From the NCBI GenBank assembly GCA_034436775.1, contig DAOTVI010000061.1:125-64124 (forward strand): a stretch of DNA of 64,000 nt, given 5' to 3'. Made by a program: the position numbers and the translations under genes. Within the stretch, counting starts at the first letter, position 1, and every line of letters starts with the position of its first letter. Positions 47,638 through 56,255 of the stretch are shown here, one piece after another. The notes beneath the pieces were generated by a model that was not told the DNA's origin, ran no database searches, and saw only the letters and a list, made by a program, of their open reading frames with translations. This stretch comes from Anaerolineae bacterium. GTDB lineage: Bacteria; Chloroflexota; Anaerolineae; 4572-78; NAK82.

Positions 47638-49152
47638 ATGCACTATCTGCTCGGGATTGATGTCGGCACATCCAATACCAAGGCGGTGTTGGTTGACGAG
47701 GCAGGTCACATTGTCGCCGGCGCCGCCCATAGCCACCCTACCCTCACCCCCGCACCCGGACATCAAGAGCAAAAGGCTGAGGATTGGTGGCAAGGCGTGT
47801 GCTATACCGTGCGTCGAAGTATGGAGGAAAGCCAGATCAACCCCGATCAGATCGCAGGCATCAGCTTCAGCGCTCAAGGGTGTGCCTGCCAGCCTGTAGA
47901 CGCACAGGGGCAACCGCTCGGCAATGCACTCATCTGGACGGACACCCGCGCTACGGCACAACAGGCGCGCATCCGCCAGATCTTCGGAGAACAGCTGGGG
48001 CATGTAACCGGCAACAACATCTATGACCAGCCGGAGCCGCGCATGATGTGGATATGTGAGCACGAGCCGGAGCGCTACGCGCGCACTCACAAGTTTCTCA
48101 CCACCCTCAGCTACCTGGTTTATCGTTTCACCGGCAACTTTGTGGCGACCACATCTGATTGGGGCTTTCATCTCTCCTTCGATCGGAAAAAGCGTTCATG
48201 GAACGACTACTTTGTGCGTGCCATCGGTCTGGATGCGGAGAAGTTCCCCACCCTATGCGAATCGCACGCCCTGGTGGGACAGGTGACCAAAGCGGCTGCG
48301 CAGGATACCGGTTTGCTTGAGGGGACACCTGTGGTGGCAGGTGCGCAGGACTCGGTGATCGTGGCATTGGCGGTAGGTGCGTTGGACGTTGGGCAGTCGG
48401 TGGTGATGCGTGGCACGACCGAACTGTTATGTTTCTCCACTGCGGAGGGCGAGTACCATCCTGACCTCTACACGACCTGCTCAGTCATCCCCGGACTATT
48501 CGTGCGTTATGACATGCGTGAGGTGGTCGCCTCGGGTGGTAGTTATCGCTGGTTGGCGATGATGCTTTTCGGTGCAGCGCGCGAATCCGAGTTCACGCAG
48601 ATGAACGAATGGGCCGCTGCCTCCCCGGCTGGCTCGCATGGTTTGCTCTATCTCCCATACCTGCTCATCTCCACCAATCCCGACCCTGAGCAACAACGCG
48701 CCGGCTGCTACTTTGGTCTCTCCGCGACCACGACGCGCGGCGACCTGTGCCGCGCGGTGATGGAGGGCACTGCCTATGCACTGCGCGAGACGATTGCGCG
48801 TCTGGAAGGGATAGGGATCACGATCCGTGAACTACGTCTGACAGGTGGCCCGGCGGAGAGCACCTTGTGGAATCAGATCACGGCCGACGTGACCGGCTTG
48901 CCGGTTATGGTGCCGGCAGTGGGTGGCGCAGCGGCTGCCTATGGCGCCGCGTTGCTGGCAGGGATGGGTTGCGGGCTGATCCCGATGGACGACGGGTACG
49001 CAACCCTGCGCCGCATGATCCAATTGCGCCAGCGCTATGAGCCGCAGCCAGCGCAACAAGCCATATATGACCGTTTCTATGCAGAATTCTGCCGCTTAAC
49101 CGCCCATACGCTCGGTATTGCCGCGCGCTTGAGACAGCCAGGGGTTGGCTGA
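47638..49152 (+). CDS. FGGY-family carbohydrate kinase (xylulokinase-like)
   Basis: Taken from within ORF 47422..49152. MHYLLGIDVGTSNTKAVL N-terminus and the two FGGY domains. Confidence 0.8.
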   Translation: MHYLLGIDVGTSNTKAVLVDEAGHIVAGAAHSHPTLTPAPGHQEQKAEDWWQGVCYTVRRSMEESQINPDQIAGISFSAQGCACQPVDAQGQPLGNALIWTDTRATAQQARIRQIFGEQLGHVTGNNIYDQPEPRMMWICEHEPERYARTHKFLTTLSYLVYRFTGNFVATTSDWGFHLSFDRKKRSWNDYFVRAIGLDAEKFPTLCESHALVGQVTKAAAQDTGLLEGTPVVAGAQDSVIVALAVGALDVGQSVVMRGTTELLCFSTAEGEYHPDLYTTCSVIPGLFVRYDMREVVASGGSYRWLAMMLFGAARESEFTQMNEWAAASPAGSHGLLYLPYLLISTNPDPEQQRAGCYFGLSATTTRGDLCRAVMEGTAYALRETIARLEGIGITIRELRLTGGPAESTLWNQITADVTGLPVMVPAVGGAAAAYGAALLAGMGCGLIPMDDGYATLRRMIQLRQRYEPQPAQQAIYDRFYAEFCRLTAHTLGIAARLRQPGVG

Positions 49153-49189
49153 CGGGCTGCCGGCGATACCCGGCGAAACCGGCATGCCG

Positions 49190-49520
49190 TCAAACGAAGA
49201 TACTCAGCGGTAAATAAGCCGATACCATCCAGTTTGGCGTGTCCACGATCTGGCTGATCTTGAGATCCAGCACCACGCCGCACAGACAATAAGCTTCCTC
49301 GCGTGTCAGACCATATTCCATTGTTGTGTGGTCAATATACACTCGTATATGCTCAGTGGATGCAATGTGACCCACTTCGTTCGCCCAAAGTGGAAGCTTG
49401 GATTTATAATGGACACCAAAGCAAAGAAGGCGATCAGACGTCTCGATTGGAGGAACGATCAGGTTTAAACCGAAGATCGCCTGGTAGATGCTCAGCTTCA
49501 ATTCGATGCGAAAGGATTTC
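49190..49520 (-). pseudogene. C-terminal remnant of an acetamidase/formamidase-family gene
   Basis: The last 110 aa or so of ORF 49190..49723 (...MEYGLTREEAYCLCGVVLDLKISQIVDTPNWMVSAYLPLSIF) match the conserved C-terminus of the FmdA/AmiF family. The upstream 200-300 aa are missing. Locally AT-richer DNA. The 5-prime part of the ORF overlaps the next gene. Confidence 0.45.
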
Positions 49521-49524
49521 ACCC

Positions 49525-50400
49525 ATGCGGCCGACATTACGCGACCTGCTAGTTGAACCCGGAGTATTGATCGCAGACGGCGCCACCGGCACATTTTTAC
49601 AACAAGCCGGTCTGCCCAGGGGTGTGGCACCAGAGCGGTGGAACCTGGAGAATCCCGAGGCAATTCTGTCACTACACAAGAGCTACCTGGATGCGGGAGC
49701 CCAGCTGATTCTGACCAATTCATTTGGTGGCAATCGCTACCGTCTGGCAGGGCATGGGTTGGCGCAACAAGTGCGCGAGATCAATCTGATCGCAGCGCAA
49801 TTGGCACGTCGGTCAGCCGGTACAACCGCCTGGGTGCTCGGCGATATTGGGCCACTGGGACAATTGCTGGCACCCCTTGGCCCGGTTTCCTATGAAGACG
49901 CAGTGGCCGCGTTCTCCGAGCAAGCCGCTGCACTGGCCGAGGGAGGCGTGGATGCCATTCTCATCGAAACGATGAGCGACCTGGAGGAAGCAAAAGCGGC
50001 TGTTGAGGGCGCACGTCGTGCGAGCGACTTGCCTATTTTGGTGACAATGAGCTTCGACACCCACGGGCGCACGATGATGGGCGTCACTCCGGTGCGGGCA
50101 GCACATGAACTATGGGCGATGGGCGTAGATGTCATCGGCGCTAACTGTGGGCGCAGCTTGCCGGAAAACCTGGAAGCGATACGTGCGATGCGTGATGCGC
50201 AGCCACAGGCGGTGTTAATGGCCAAACCCAATGCCGGCCTTCCCCGCACAGAGGGTGACACTCTCCACTATGAGGTAACACCGGAGATTATGGCAGACTA
50301 CGCCTTGCGTTTCGTTGCATTGGGGATCAAAATATTCGGCGGATGCTGTGGTTCGACGCCCGAACACATCCGGGCAGTCGCGCGTGCATTGCACAGATGA
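49525..50400 (+). CDS. Homocysteine S-methyltransferase-domain protein (stand-alone Hcy-binding domain)
   Basis: Taken from within ORF 49303..50400. LIADGATGT, ILTNSFGGN, GANCG and GGCCGSTPEHI zinc-ligand motifs. Confidence 0.8.
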   Translation: MRPTLRDLLVEPGVLIADGATGTFLQQAGLPRGVAPERWNLENPEAILSLHKSYLDAGAQLILTNSFGGNRYRLAGHGLAQQVREINLIAAQLARRSAGTTAWVLGDIGPLGQLLAPLGPVSYEDAVAAFSEQAAALAEGGVDAILIETMSDLEEAKAAVEGARRASDLPILVTMSFDTHGRTMMGVTPVRAAHELWAMGVDVIGANCGRSLPENLEAIRAMRDAQPQAVLMAKPNAGLPRTEGDTLHYEVTPEIMADYALRFVALGIKIFGGCCGSTPEHIRAVARALHR

Positions 50401-50413
50401 GACACCCGTCGCT

Positions 50414-51328
50414 ATGGAGCGATCAGCCGGGCACATCATACAGCTATGGGTACGCCCGCGTGCACCCATCTGGCATGTCGGGGCAGGATGGGCTGCACTG
50501 AGCGGTGCCATAGCGAGTGGCCTCCTTTGGGAAAATGAGGCGCCGCTGTTGATGCGCATCAGCACCATTTTGCTCATCTGGTTGCTGGCCGATCCGATAC
50601 TGGGCACGCTGTGGGAGCTGGGCACAATGCCCAACGGGGTCTGGAGGCAGCTCTGGTGCGCTACTAGGGGTGCGAGTGACAACGTACCACTGACTCTACT
50701 GCCCTATACCCAACCGGGCTCATCGGCATGGCGGCTGGCGAACTGGCTGGGACGCCAGAGTGCCTGGTGGCGGGCGGTGTTCTGGCCCCAGAACGGGGAA
50801 GCTTTCATCACGATATGCAGCTTATTCCCGGCAGCCCTGATCGTCGGAGCGTTGCTGAACCACGCCATCCCTATACTGATATGCGCACAAGTAGTGCTTG
50901 CCTGGCTGGTCGCGTTGTGGCGCAGGAAGCCATCCTCATCAAGCAGTGACCATCCATGGCGGGTGACAGCGGCAGGCGCGTGGGGACAGTTCGGCATTCC
51001 CTGGATGATCGGTTGTGCAGCTTCTGGTGAATCCCGTTGGCTCGGCATTCTATTGGGGGTATGCATGACTTTTAGCTACATGGGGTTGTTACGAGAACCG
51101 ATATGGCGGCCAGGCGTATTGGCAGGTCAGCTGGCAGCGTTTGCCATCGTGCTGGGTGCGCGTCAATTGCTTGCCCTCTCGGGGATTGCCGTGCTGCTGG
51201 TCGCCGAGGGAGGCTTGTGGTTCACGAAGGGGTTAAATGGCAATCCGAATACGCAATTGCTAACAGGAGTATATCTCCTCATCTTGGGCATCATGCTGAC
51301 AGCGTCTTTTGCGGTCGGTCTTGGGTGA
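50414..51328 (+). CDS. Hypothetical polytopic membrane protein
   Basis: Taken from within ORF 50315..51328. About 8 hydrophobic helices, Trp-rich. No recognisable family. Confidence 0.45.
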   Translation: MERSAGHIIQLWVRPRAPIWHVGAGWAALSGAIASGLLWENEAPLLMRISTILLIWLLADPILGTLWELGTMPNGVWRQLWCATRGASDNVPLTLLPYTQPGSSAWRLANWLGRQSAWWRAVFWPQNGEAFITICSLFPAALIVGALLNHAIPILICAQVVLAWLVALWRRKPSSSSSDHPWRVTAAGAWGQFGIPWMIGCAASGESRWLGILLGVCMTFSYMGLLREPIWRPGVLAGQLAAFAIVLGARQLLALSGIAVLLVAEGGLWFTKGLNGNPNTQLLTGVYLLILGIMLTASFAVGLG

Positions 51329-51539
51329 AGGGTGTTACTTTTATCGGGTTTTGGTGTTGTTACGTGTAGCAGGTGGGCAGCACGTTGCTAATGGCGGGGA
51401 GTATTTCTTCTCGAAATGAAAGGGGGTGAGCAGAGGCGTTTGATCCTACTTGTACATGTTGTGCCTGTTTCACATACAATAGTAGTGGATGCATTTGTAC
51501 TTTGATCACACTTGAGATCATGGGAGGGAGATTCGCTTT

Positions 51540-52094
51540 ATGGAAGCAACAACTTCGACCACACTCAATACGCGTCGCATTGTGATTGCAGGTGTCCTTG
51601 GCGCCATCTCGATCCTGCTGGGATGGACACGTCTGGGATATATCCCGGTGCCCAATTTGGCCGCTAATGCCACTATCATGCACGTGCCGGTGATCATCGG
51701 TGCTGTGATGGAAGGTTGGCTGGTCGGCGCCATCATCGGTCTGCTGTTCGGTTTGTCCAGCTTTGCGCTGGCTACCATTCCACTGTTCAAGAACCCGCTG
51801 GTGGCGATTGTGCCGCGCATTATCATCGGCATCACCTCCTATTTCGCCTATGCAGCGCTAAAGAAGAACAATGAGTACCTGGCACTTGTGGCGGCTGCGA
51901 TCGTGGGCACGCTCACCAACACCATCCTGGTCTTGAGTTTAGCCGGATTGTTCAACTATATACCGTGGGAGCTGATGCCGCCCATCCTGGTGACCAATGC
52001 GCTGCCGGAGGTGATCATCGCCATCATCCTGGTGGTGGCAGTCGTGGCGGCCTGGAAACGCATTGAGACGGGCAGCGTCAAGGCGAAGATGTGA
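51540..52094 (+). CDS. ECF-transporter S (substrate-capture) component, pantothenate-type by context
   Basis: 184 aa with 5-6 TM helices. RIVIAGVLGAISILLG...IPVP...ATIMHVPVIIGA pattern of ECF S components. Sits directly upstream of coaX-coaBC. Confidence 0.65.
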   Translation: MEATTSTTLNTRRIVIAGVLGAISILLGWTRLGYIPVPNLAANATIMHVPVIIGAVMEGWLVGAIIGLLFGLSSFALATIPLFKNPLVAIVPRIIIGITSYFAYAALKKNNEYLALVAAAIVGTLTNTILVLSLAGLFNYIPWELMPPILVTNALPEVIIAIILVVAVVAAWKRIETGSVKAKM

Positions 52095-52124
52095 CCTTCG
52101 CATCTCGATCAGGATCACCTCGTC

Positions 52125-52165
52125 GAACCCCGTTGCCCTGCGAACGGGGTTCATTATTTATTTAA
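52125..52165 (+). terminator. Rho-independent terminator
   Basis: GAACCCCGTT (52125-52134) and AACGGGGTTC (52143-52152) form a 10-bp stem with an 8-nt loop, followed by ATTATTTATTT. Confidence 0.6.
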
Positions 52166-52201
52166 GAGGGCTATGGTAAAATGAGCCCATGGAGGATTCC
52201 A

Positions 52202-52978
52202 ATGCTCTTTTGCGTTGACTTGGGTAATACCAACATCACGTTAGGGTTATATGATGGGGATACGTTGCGTGGTCACTGGCGCATACGCACGGATCACCAC
52301 AAGATGCCGGACGAGTATGGCATCTTGATCGTCAGCTTGCTGCGCCACGCCGGATTTGCCTTAGAAGCAGTGCGCGGTGTGTGCATGTGCAGCGTTGTAC
52401 CACCCCTCACAAGCATTTTGGACGAAGCATGTCGTGCCTATCTAGGTCACGCGCCGCTCATCGTTGATGCCAATGTCAACACAGGGGTCAAAATAGGTTA
52501 CGACAATCCGCGTGAGGTAGGGGCTGATCGCGTTGTCGATGCCGTAGCCGTGTATCGGTTGTACGGGGCGCCGGCATGTGTGGTGGATTTTGGCACAGCG
52601 ACTACCTTCGATGCTATCTCACGCACAGGCGAGTACCTGGGCGGTGCCATCGCACCGGGTATCGGCATCGCGGCGGAGGCGCTTTTCAGCCGCACAGCCA
52701 AATTGCCGCGCATTGATTTCGTGCGTCCACCCGGCCCGATCGGCCGTAACACAGTACATTCGATGCAATCAGGGTTGATCTTCGGGTACGTGGGACTGGT
52801 GGAGGGCATGGTAGCGCGCTTCCGTAAGGAATTGGGAGACGATATGCGCGTGGTCGGCACCGGAGGACTTGTGGAGATCATCGCGCGCGAGACGGACGTG
52901 ATTCAGACGATTGATCCGTGGTTGACGCTCCACGGCTTGCGCATTCTCTGGGAGATGAACCGTCCTGCGGCAGCGTAA
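52202..52978 (+). CDS. coaX: Type III pantothenate kinase
   Basis: ORF 52181..52978. Start ATG 52202 (GGAGG upstream). LFCVDLGNTNITLGL, GADR and DFGTATTFD motifs. Confidence 0.85.
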   Translation: MLFCVDLGNTNITLGLYDGDTLRGHWRIRTDHHKMPDEYGILIVSLLRHAGFALEAVRGVCMCSVVPPLTSILDEACRAYLGHAPLIVDANVNTGVKIGYDNPREVGADRVVDAVAVYRLYGAPACVVDFGTATTFDAISRTGEYLGGAIAPGIGIAAEALFSRTAKLPRIDFVRPPGPIGRNTVHSMQSGLIFGYVGLVEGMVARFRKELGDDMRVVGTGGLVEIIARETDVIQTIDPWLTLHGLRILWEMNRPAAA

Positions 52979-52993
52979 GGGAGAAAGCGCGCG

Positions 52994-54235
52994 ATGGAAG
53001 ATCGGCTGCTGAGGAGCAAACGCGTCCTGTTAGGTGTAACCGGCGGGGTGGCGGCCTACAAGGCAGTGGCGCTTGCCAGTCGCCTGACTCAGGCAGGCGC
53101 TGTGGTGGATGTGGTGCTGAGCGAGGCGGCCATGCGCTTTGTGACGCCGTTGAGTTTTGAGTCGGTGACACGGCGTCGCGCGTATCACGATATGTTCGCA
53201 CTGTCTGCGGACACTGGCCCGCAGGCTCGTGCAGGGGACGTGCTGATCTCCCACGTTGCGCTGGCCAGGAGCGCCGACCTGATCATCATTGCGCCTGCTA
53301 CGGCCAACACGCTGGCCAAATTGGCGCACGGCATCGCCGACAACCTGCTAACCGCTGTGGTGTTGGCGGCGACGGCACCATTGGTGATCGCGCCCGCTAT
53401 GGAAAGCCATATGTGGGAGAATCCTGCTACACAAGCGAACCTGGCAGCATTACGAGCGCGGGGGGTGGTACAGGTTGGGCCGGCAACCGGCCACTTGGCT
53501 TCCGGTGCGTCGGGTGTGGGGCGTATGAGCGAGCCGGAGGAGATCCTCGCCGTGGCGCGGTTGGTGCTGGCGCGTGACGGCGACCTCGCCGGACGACGCG
53601 TGGTGGTGTCGGCAGGGGGCACGCGCGAAGCGATCGACCCGGTGCGCTTCATCGGCAATCGCTCCAGCGGCAAGATGGGCTACGCACTGGCGACTGCGGC
53701 GCGCGATCGCGGTGCGCAGGTTGTGCTGGTCACGGCGCCAACCGCCCTGCCCGATCCCTACGGGGTGCAGCTGGCGCGGGTCGAGTCGGCGTCAGAAATG
53801 CGCGATGCCATTCTGGCAGCGCTGGAAGGGGCCGATGCGCTGGTGATGGCTGCTGCCGTGGCGGATTACCAACCGGTTCAGGTCAGTGCGCAAAAGATCA
53901 AGAAGACAGCGGAGCGTTTGACCCTGGAGATGACACGCACGCCGGACATCCTGGGAGAAGTGGCCGATCTGCGCGCAGCCGGACGCGGACCGCGTGTGGT
54001 GGTTGGCTTTGCCGCCGAGACCGCTGACCTGTTGGCCAATGCCCAAGCCAAGCTGCACCAAAAACGCCTTGATATGATCGCGGCGAACGATGTGAGCGCA
54101 CCGGATGCCGGCTTTGGGGTGGACACCAACCGCGTCACGCTGCTTTGGGCGGACGGCACGGTCGAGCCGTTGCCGCTGATGAGCAAAGAGGAGCTTGCCC
54201 ACGTCATCTGGGATCGCGTGCAGCGTTTGTGGTGA
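52994..54235 (+). CDS. coaBC: Bifunctional phosphopantothenoylcysteine decarboxylase / phosphopantothenate-cysteine ligase
   Basis: 413 aa. N-terminal flavoprotein domain (VLLGVTGGVAAYK, PATANTLAK) and C-terminal CoaB domain (FIGNRSSGKMG, AAVADY). Confidence 0.9.
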   Translation: MEDRLLRSKRVLLGVTGGVAAYKAVALASRLTQAGAVVDVVLSEAAMRFVTPLSFESVTRRRAYHDMFALSADTGPQARAGDVLISHVALARSADLIIIAPATANTLAKLAHGIADNLLTAVVLAATAPLVIAPAMESHMWENPATQANLAALRARGVVQVGPATGHLASGASGVGRMSEPEEILAVARLVLARDGDLAGRRVVVSAGGTREAIDPVRFIGNRSSGKMGYALATAARDRGAQVVLVTAPTALPDPYGVQLARVESASEMRDAILAALEGADALVMAAAVADYQPVQVSAQKIKKTAERLTLEMTRTPDILGEVADLRAAGRGPRVVVGFAAETADLLANAQAKLHQKRLDMIAANDVSAPDAGFGVDTNRVTLLWADGTVEPLPLMSKEELAHVIWDRVQRLW

Positions 54236-54324
54236 TTCACTGCGGTGTGGGAAGGTTTTTGGATATGTTTTTGCTCAGTTGCAAACATGAGGTGACTTCT
54301 AAAGGTCACGCACAGGGTAAAGTG

Positions 54325-54627
54325 ATGAGTATCAGGATGAGAAAGGAAGAGGTCATTCGACGGCTAACTGACCACCGGCAGGAACTCGTTCAATTTGGCG
54401 TCAAATCTCTGGCCTTGTTTGGTTCGGTGGTCCGGGATGAAACCCGGCCGACCAGCGATGTGGATCTCTTGGTGGAATTCCGGGACCGGGCAACTTTTGA
54501 CCAATACATAGAGCTCAAGTTCTACCTGGAGCAATTGCTGGGGTGTCGTGTGGATCTCGTCACACGCGAAGCCCTCAAGCCCCGTTTGCGCCCCGTGGTG
54601 GAAGAGGAGGCACTTTATGTCACGTGA
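54325..54627 (+). CDS. MNT-type nucleotidyltransferase (antitoxin-like partner of a HEPN/DUF86 toxin)
   Basis: Taken from within ORF 54145..54627. GSVVRDETRPTSDVDLLV minimal nucleotidyltransferase motif. 100 aa. Confidence 0.75.
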   Translation: MSIRMRKEEVIRRLTDHRQELVQFGVKSLALFGSVVRDETRPTSDVDLLVEFRDRATFDQYIELKFYLEQLLGCRVDLVTREALKPRLRPVVEEEALYVT

Positions 54628-54739
54628 TGCCCGGCTGTATCTGGATAACCCGATCAGATTTGAGAGATTCTGGTCGCAGGAGGTAGATAGGCGATGGAAC
54701 GCATACCCCAGGTCATCGCCGAGGCGAGGCGTGAAATAG
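54617..54739 (+). pseudogene. Truncated HEPN/DUF86 toxin remnant
   Basis: MSRDARLYLDN... begins like DUF86 proteins and overlaps the MNT stop, as in intact pairs. It diverges after about 11 aa and stops at 40 aa, against an expected length of about 115 aa. Confidence 0.35.
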
Positions 54740-54747
54740 GAGGCACA

Positions 54748-55029
54748 ATGATGAGTGAGAAAATGAACGTTGTGGAAAAACAAATTCGGCTGTCTGTGCA
54801 GCACGCAGACCGCTTGAGCCGCCTGGCCAGAGCCAAGGCTCTCAGCGAAGACCAGATTATTGAAAAAGCCCTGGAGATTCTCTTCAGCCTGACAGATCTC
54901 CTGGACCAAGAAGTCGAGCGACAGGGATGGTCGTTCCTGTCGGAAGGCTCCTTGCAGCGGGTGTGGGATAACGAAGAGGATGCCCGCTACGACCACTGGA
55001 GGGAACTCTATGGCATTCCAGCGCGGTGA
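54748..55029 (+). CDS. Antitoxin of the MazEF-like pair
   Basis: Taken from within ORF 54694..55029. TAGGAGG lies upstream of ATG 54748. Small acidic protein. Its 3-prime end overlaps the mazF-like start by 20 nt. Confidence 0.5.
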   Translation: MMSEKMNVVEKQIRLSVQHADRLSRLARAKALSEDQIIEKALEILFSLTDLLDQEVERQGWSFLSEGSLQRVWDNEEDARYDHWRELYGIPAR

Positions 55030-55348
55030 TGTCGTTCTGGTGCCGTTTCCGTTCAGCGACCTGAGCACAACAAAGGTGAGGCCGGCTGTAGTGGTGAGCA
55101 GTTCGCTCTACCATGCCACAGAACCTGACCTGATTCTGGCAGCAATCACATCCAAAGTTGCTGCGGCCAATGGACCGTTGGACTATGTGTTGAGGGATTG
55201 GCAAGCCGCCGGTTTACGCTATCCTTCTGCTGTCAAACCGGCACTGTTTACCTTTGATCCTACGCGGGTGATTTACCATGTCGGTACTCTGACCCCATCA
55301 GATTTGGCCGAGGTGGGTCAACGACTACGTCGTGCATTGGAGTTGTAG
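55010..55348 (+). CDS. mazF: MazF/PemK-family endoribonuclease toxin
   Basis: Taken from within ORF 54980..55348. MAFQRGDVVLVPFPFSDLSTTKVRPAVVVS is a canonical PemK/MazF N-terminus. Confidence 0.8.
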   Translation: MAFQRGDVVLVPFPFSDLSTTKVRPAVVVSSSLYHATEPDLILAAITSKVAAANGPLDYVLRDWQAAGLRYPSAVKPALFTFDPTRVIYHVGTLTPSDLAEVGQRLRRALEL

Positions 55349-55358
55349 AGAAGGCTTG

Positions 55359-55610
55359 ATGTTGCACCGTCATCTTACGCACCAGCAGTTCACCCTGGCC
55401 GCCATTGACGACATCATCGCTCGTGGCAGGCGGCAGGATTGGGCCGAATTGCGCAAGGCCGCGCTGGCCGATCGCACCGTGCTGGAAAAGATTCTGCGCG
55501 TCTGTCAGGTGTATGTTGCCGACCCCTATGCCCAGCGTTACCACTTTTGGAAAGCCTATGCCGAACGATACCTTTTAGCACAGAGGGGGACCAATGAAGG
55601 TAATATATGA
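55359..55610 (+). CDS. Hypothetical protein
   Basis: Taken from within ORF 55332..55610. 83 aa, no recognisable motif. Overlaps the start of the DUF2283 gene by 17 nt. Confidence 0.3.
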   Translation: MLHRHLTHQQFTLAAIDDIIARGRRQDWAELRKAALADRTVLEKILRVCQVYVADPYAQRYHFWKAYAERYLLAQRGTNEGNI

Positions 55611-55816
55611 TACTGAAGTAGACGCCCTATACATCCGCCTGAGCGATGAGCCGGCCGAGGTGACCCCCCCAGCGGCTGAGCGAAGAAGTCGCCATCAACT
55701 ACGCTCCCAACGGGCGCATCGTGGGCATTGAGATTCTGGACGCCTCCGAATACATCTTCGGGCTGAAAACGGAATGCAAGATCGCCTTGGAGAATCTCAT
55801 CCCGGTCGTTGGGTAG
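55594..55816 (+). pseudogene. DUF2283-family gene interrupted by a frameshift in a C7 run
   Basis: MKVIYDTEVDALYIRLSDEPAEVT is in one frame, and LSEEVAINYAPNGRIVGIEILDASEYIFG... is in the next frame. The switch occurs at CCCCCCC 55664-55670. Removing one C restores a 73-aa DUF2283-like protein. Confidence 0.55.
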
Positions 55817-55879
55817 CGGCTGGAACCTCCTGTACTGACAACGGAAGGGGTAGTGGATACCAAGATGAGAGAAGAAGAA

Positions 55880-56118
55880 ATCATTCGCCCTCGACTTTTG
55901 AGCGGCGTGCCCGTAGCACCCCGCGGCGGGGTCGGATCGTTCGGTTGGACGCAAGGTACGCACAACGTCGGAAGGTGGAATGCTGCTTCGCCTAGATGGA
56001 CAACTGTCGCCGCTTGGTCGTGCGTTATGAACGGCATTTCACATCAATTATGTGTTTTGTTTATTGGCCATCATCTTTATGGACTATCAACCGAATTTTG
56101 AAAATATGTTCTATATAG
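55880..56118 (+). mobile_element. 3-prime remnant of an IS5-family (DDE) transposase gene, with an in-frame stop
   Basis: The translation ...RLDARYAQRRKVECCFA*MDNCRRLVVRYERHFTSIMCFVYWPSSLW follows the conserved IS5/IS4 C-terminal pattern Y..RN.VER.F..LK.FRRIATRY.K. A TAG lies at 55993. The N-terminal three quarters of the gene are absent. Confidence 0.45.
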
Positions 56119-56255
56119 GACTAAAGAGGGATTAAGGGTCGGTATCACCGAGCAATCTGGTCGGGCTAGCTCTTTCTGCTGATCATCTTTGGCGGTCCGC
56201 GCAATGTTGCAAATATGTGATTTCGGTCTAGAGTATCTGTTGGGAGAATAGACCC

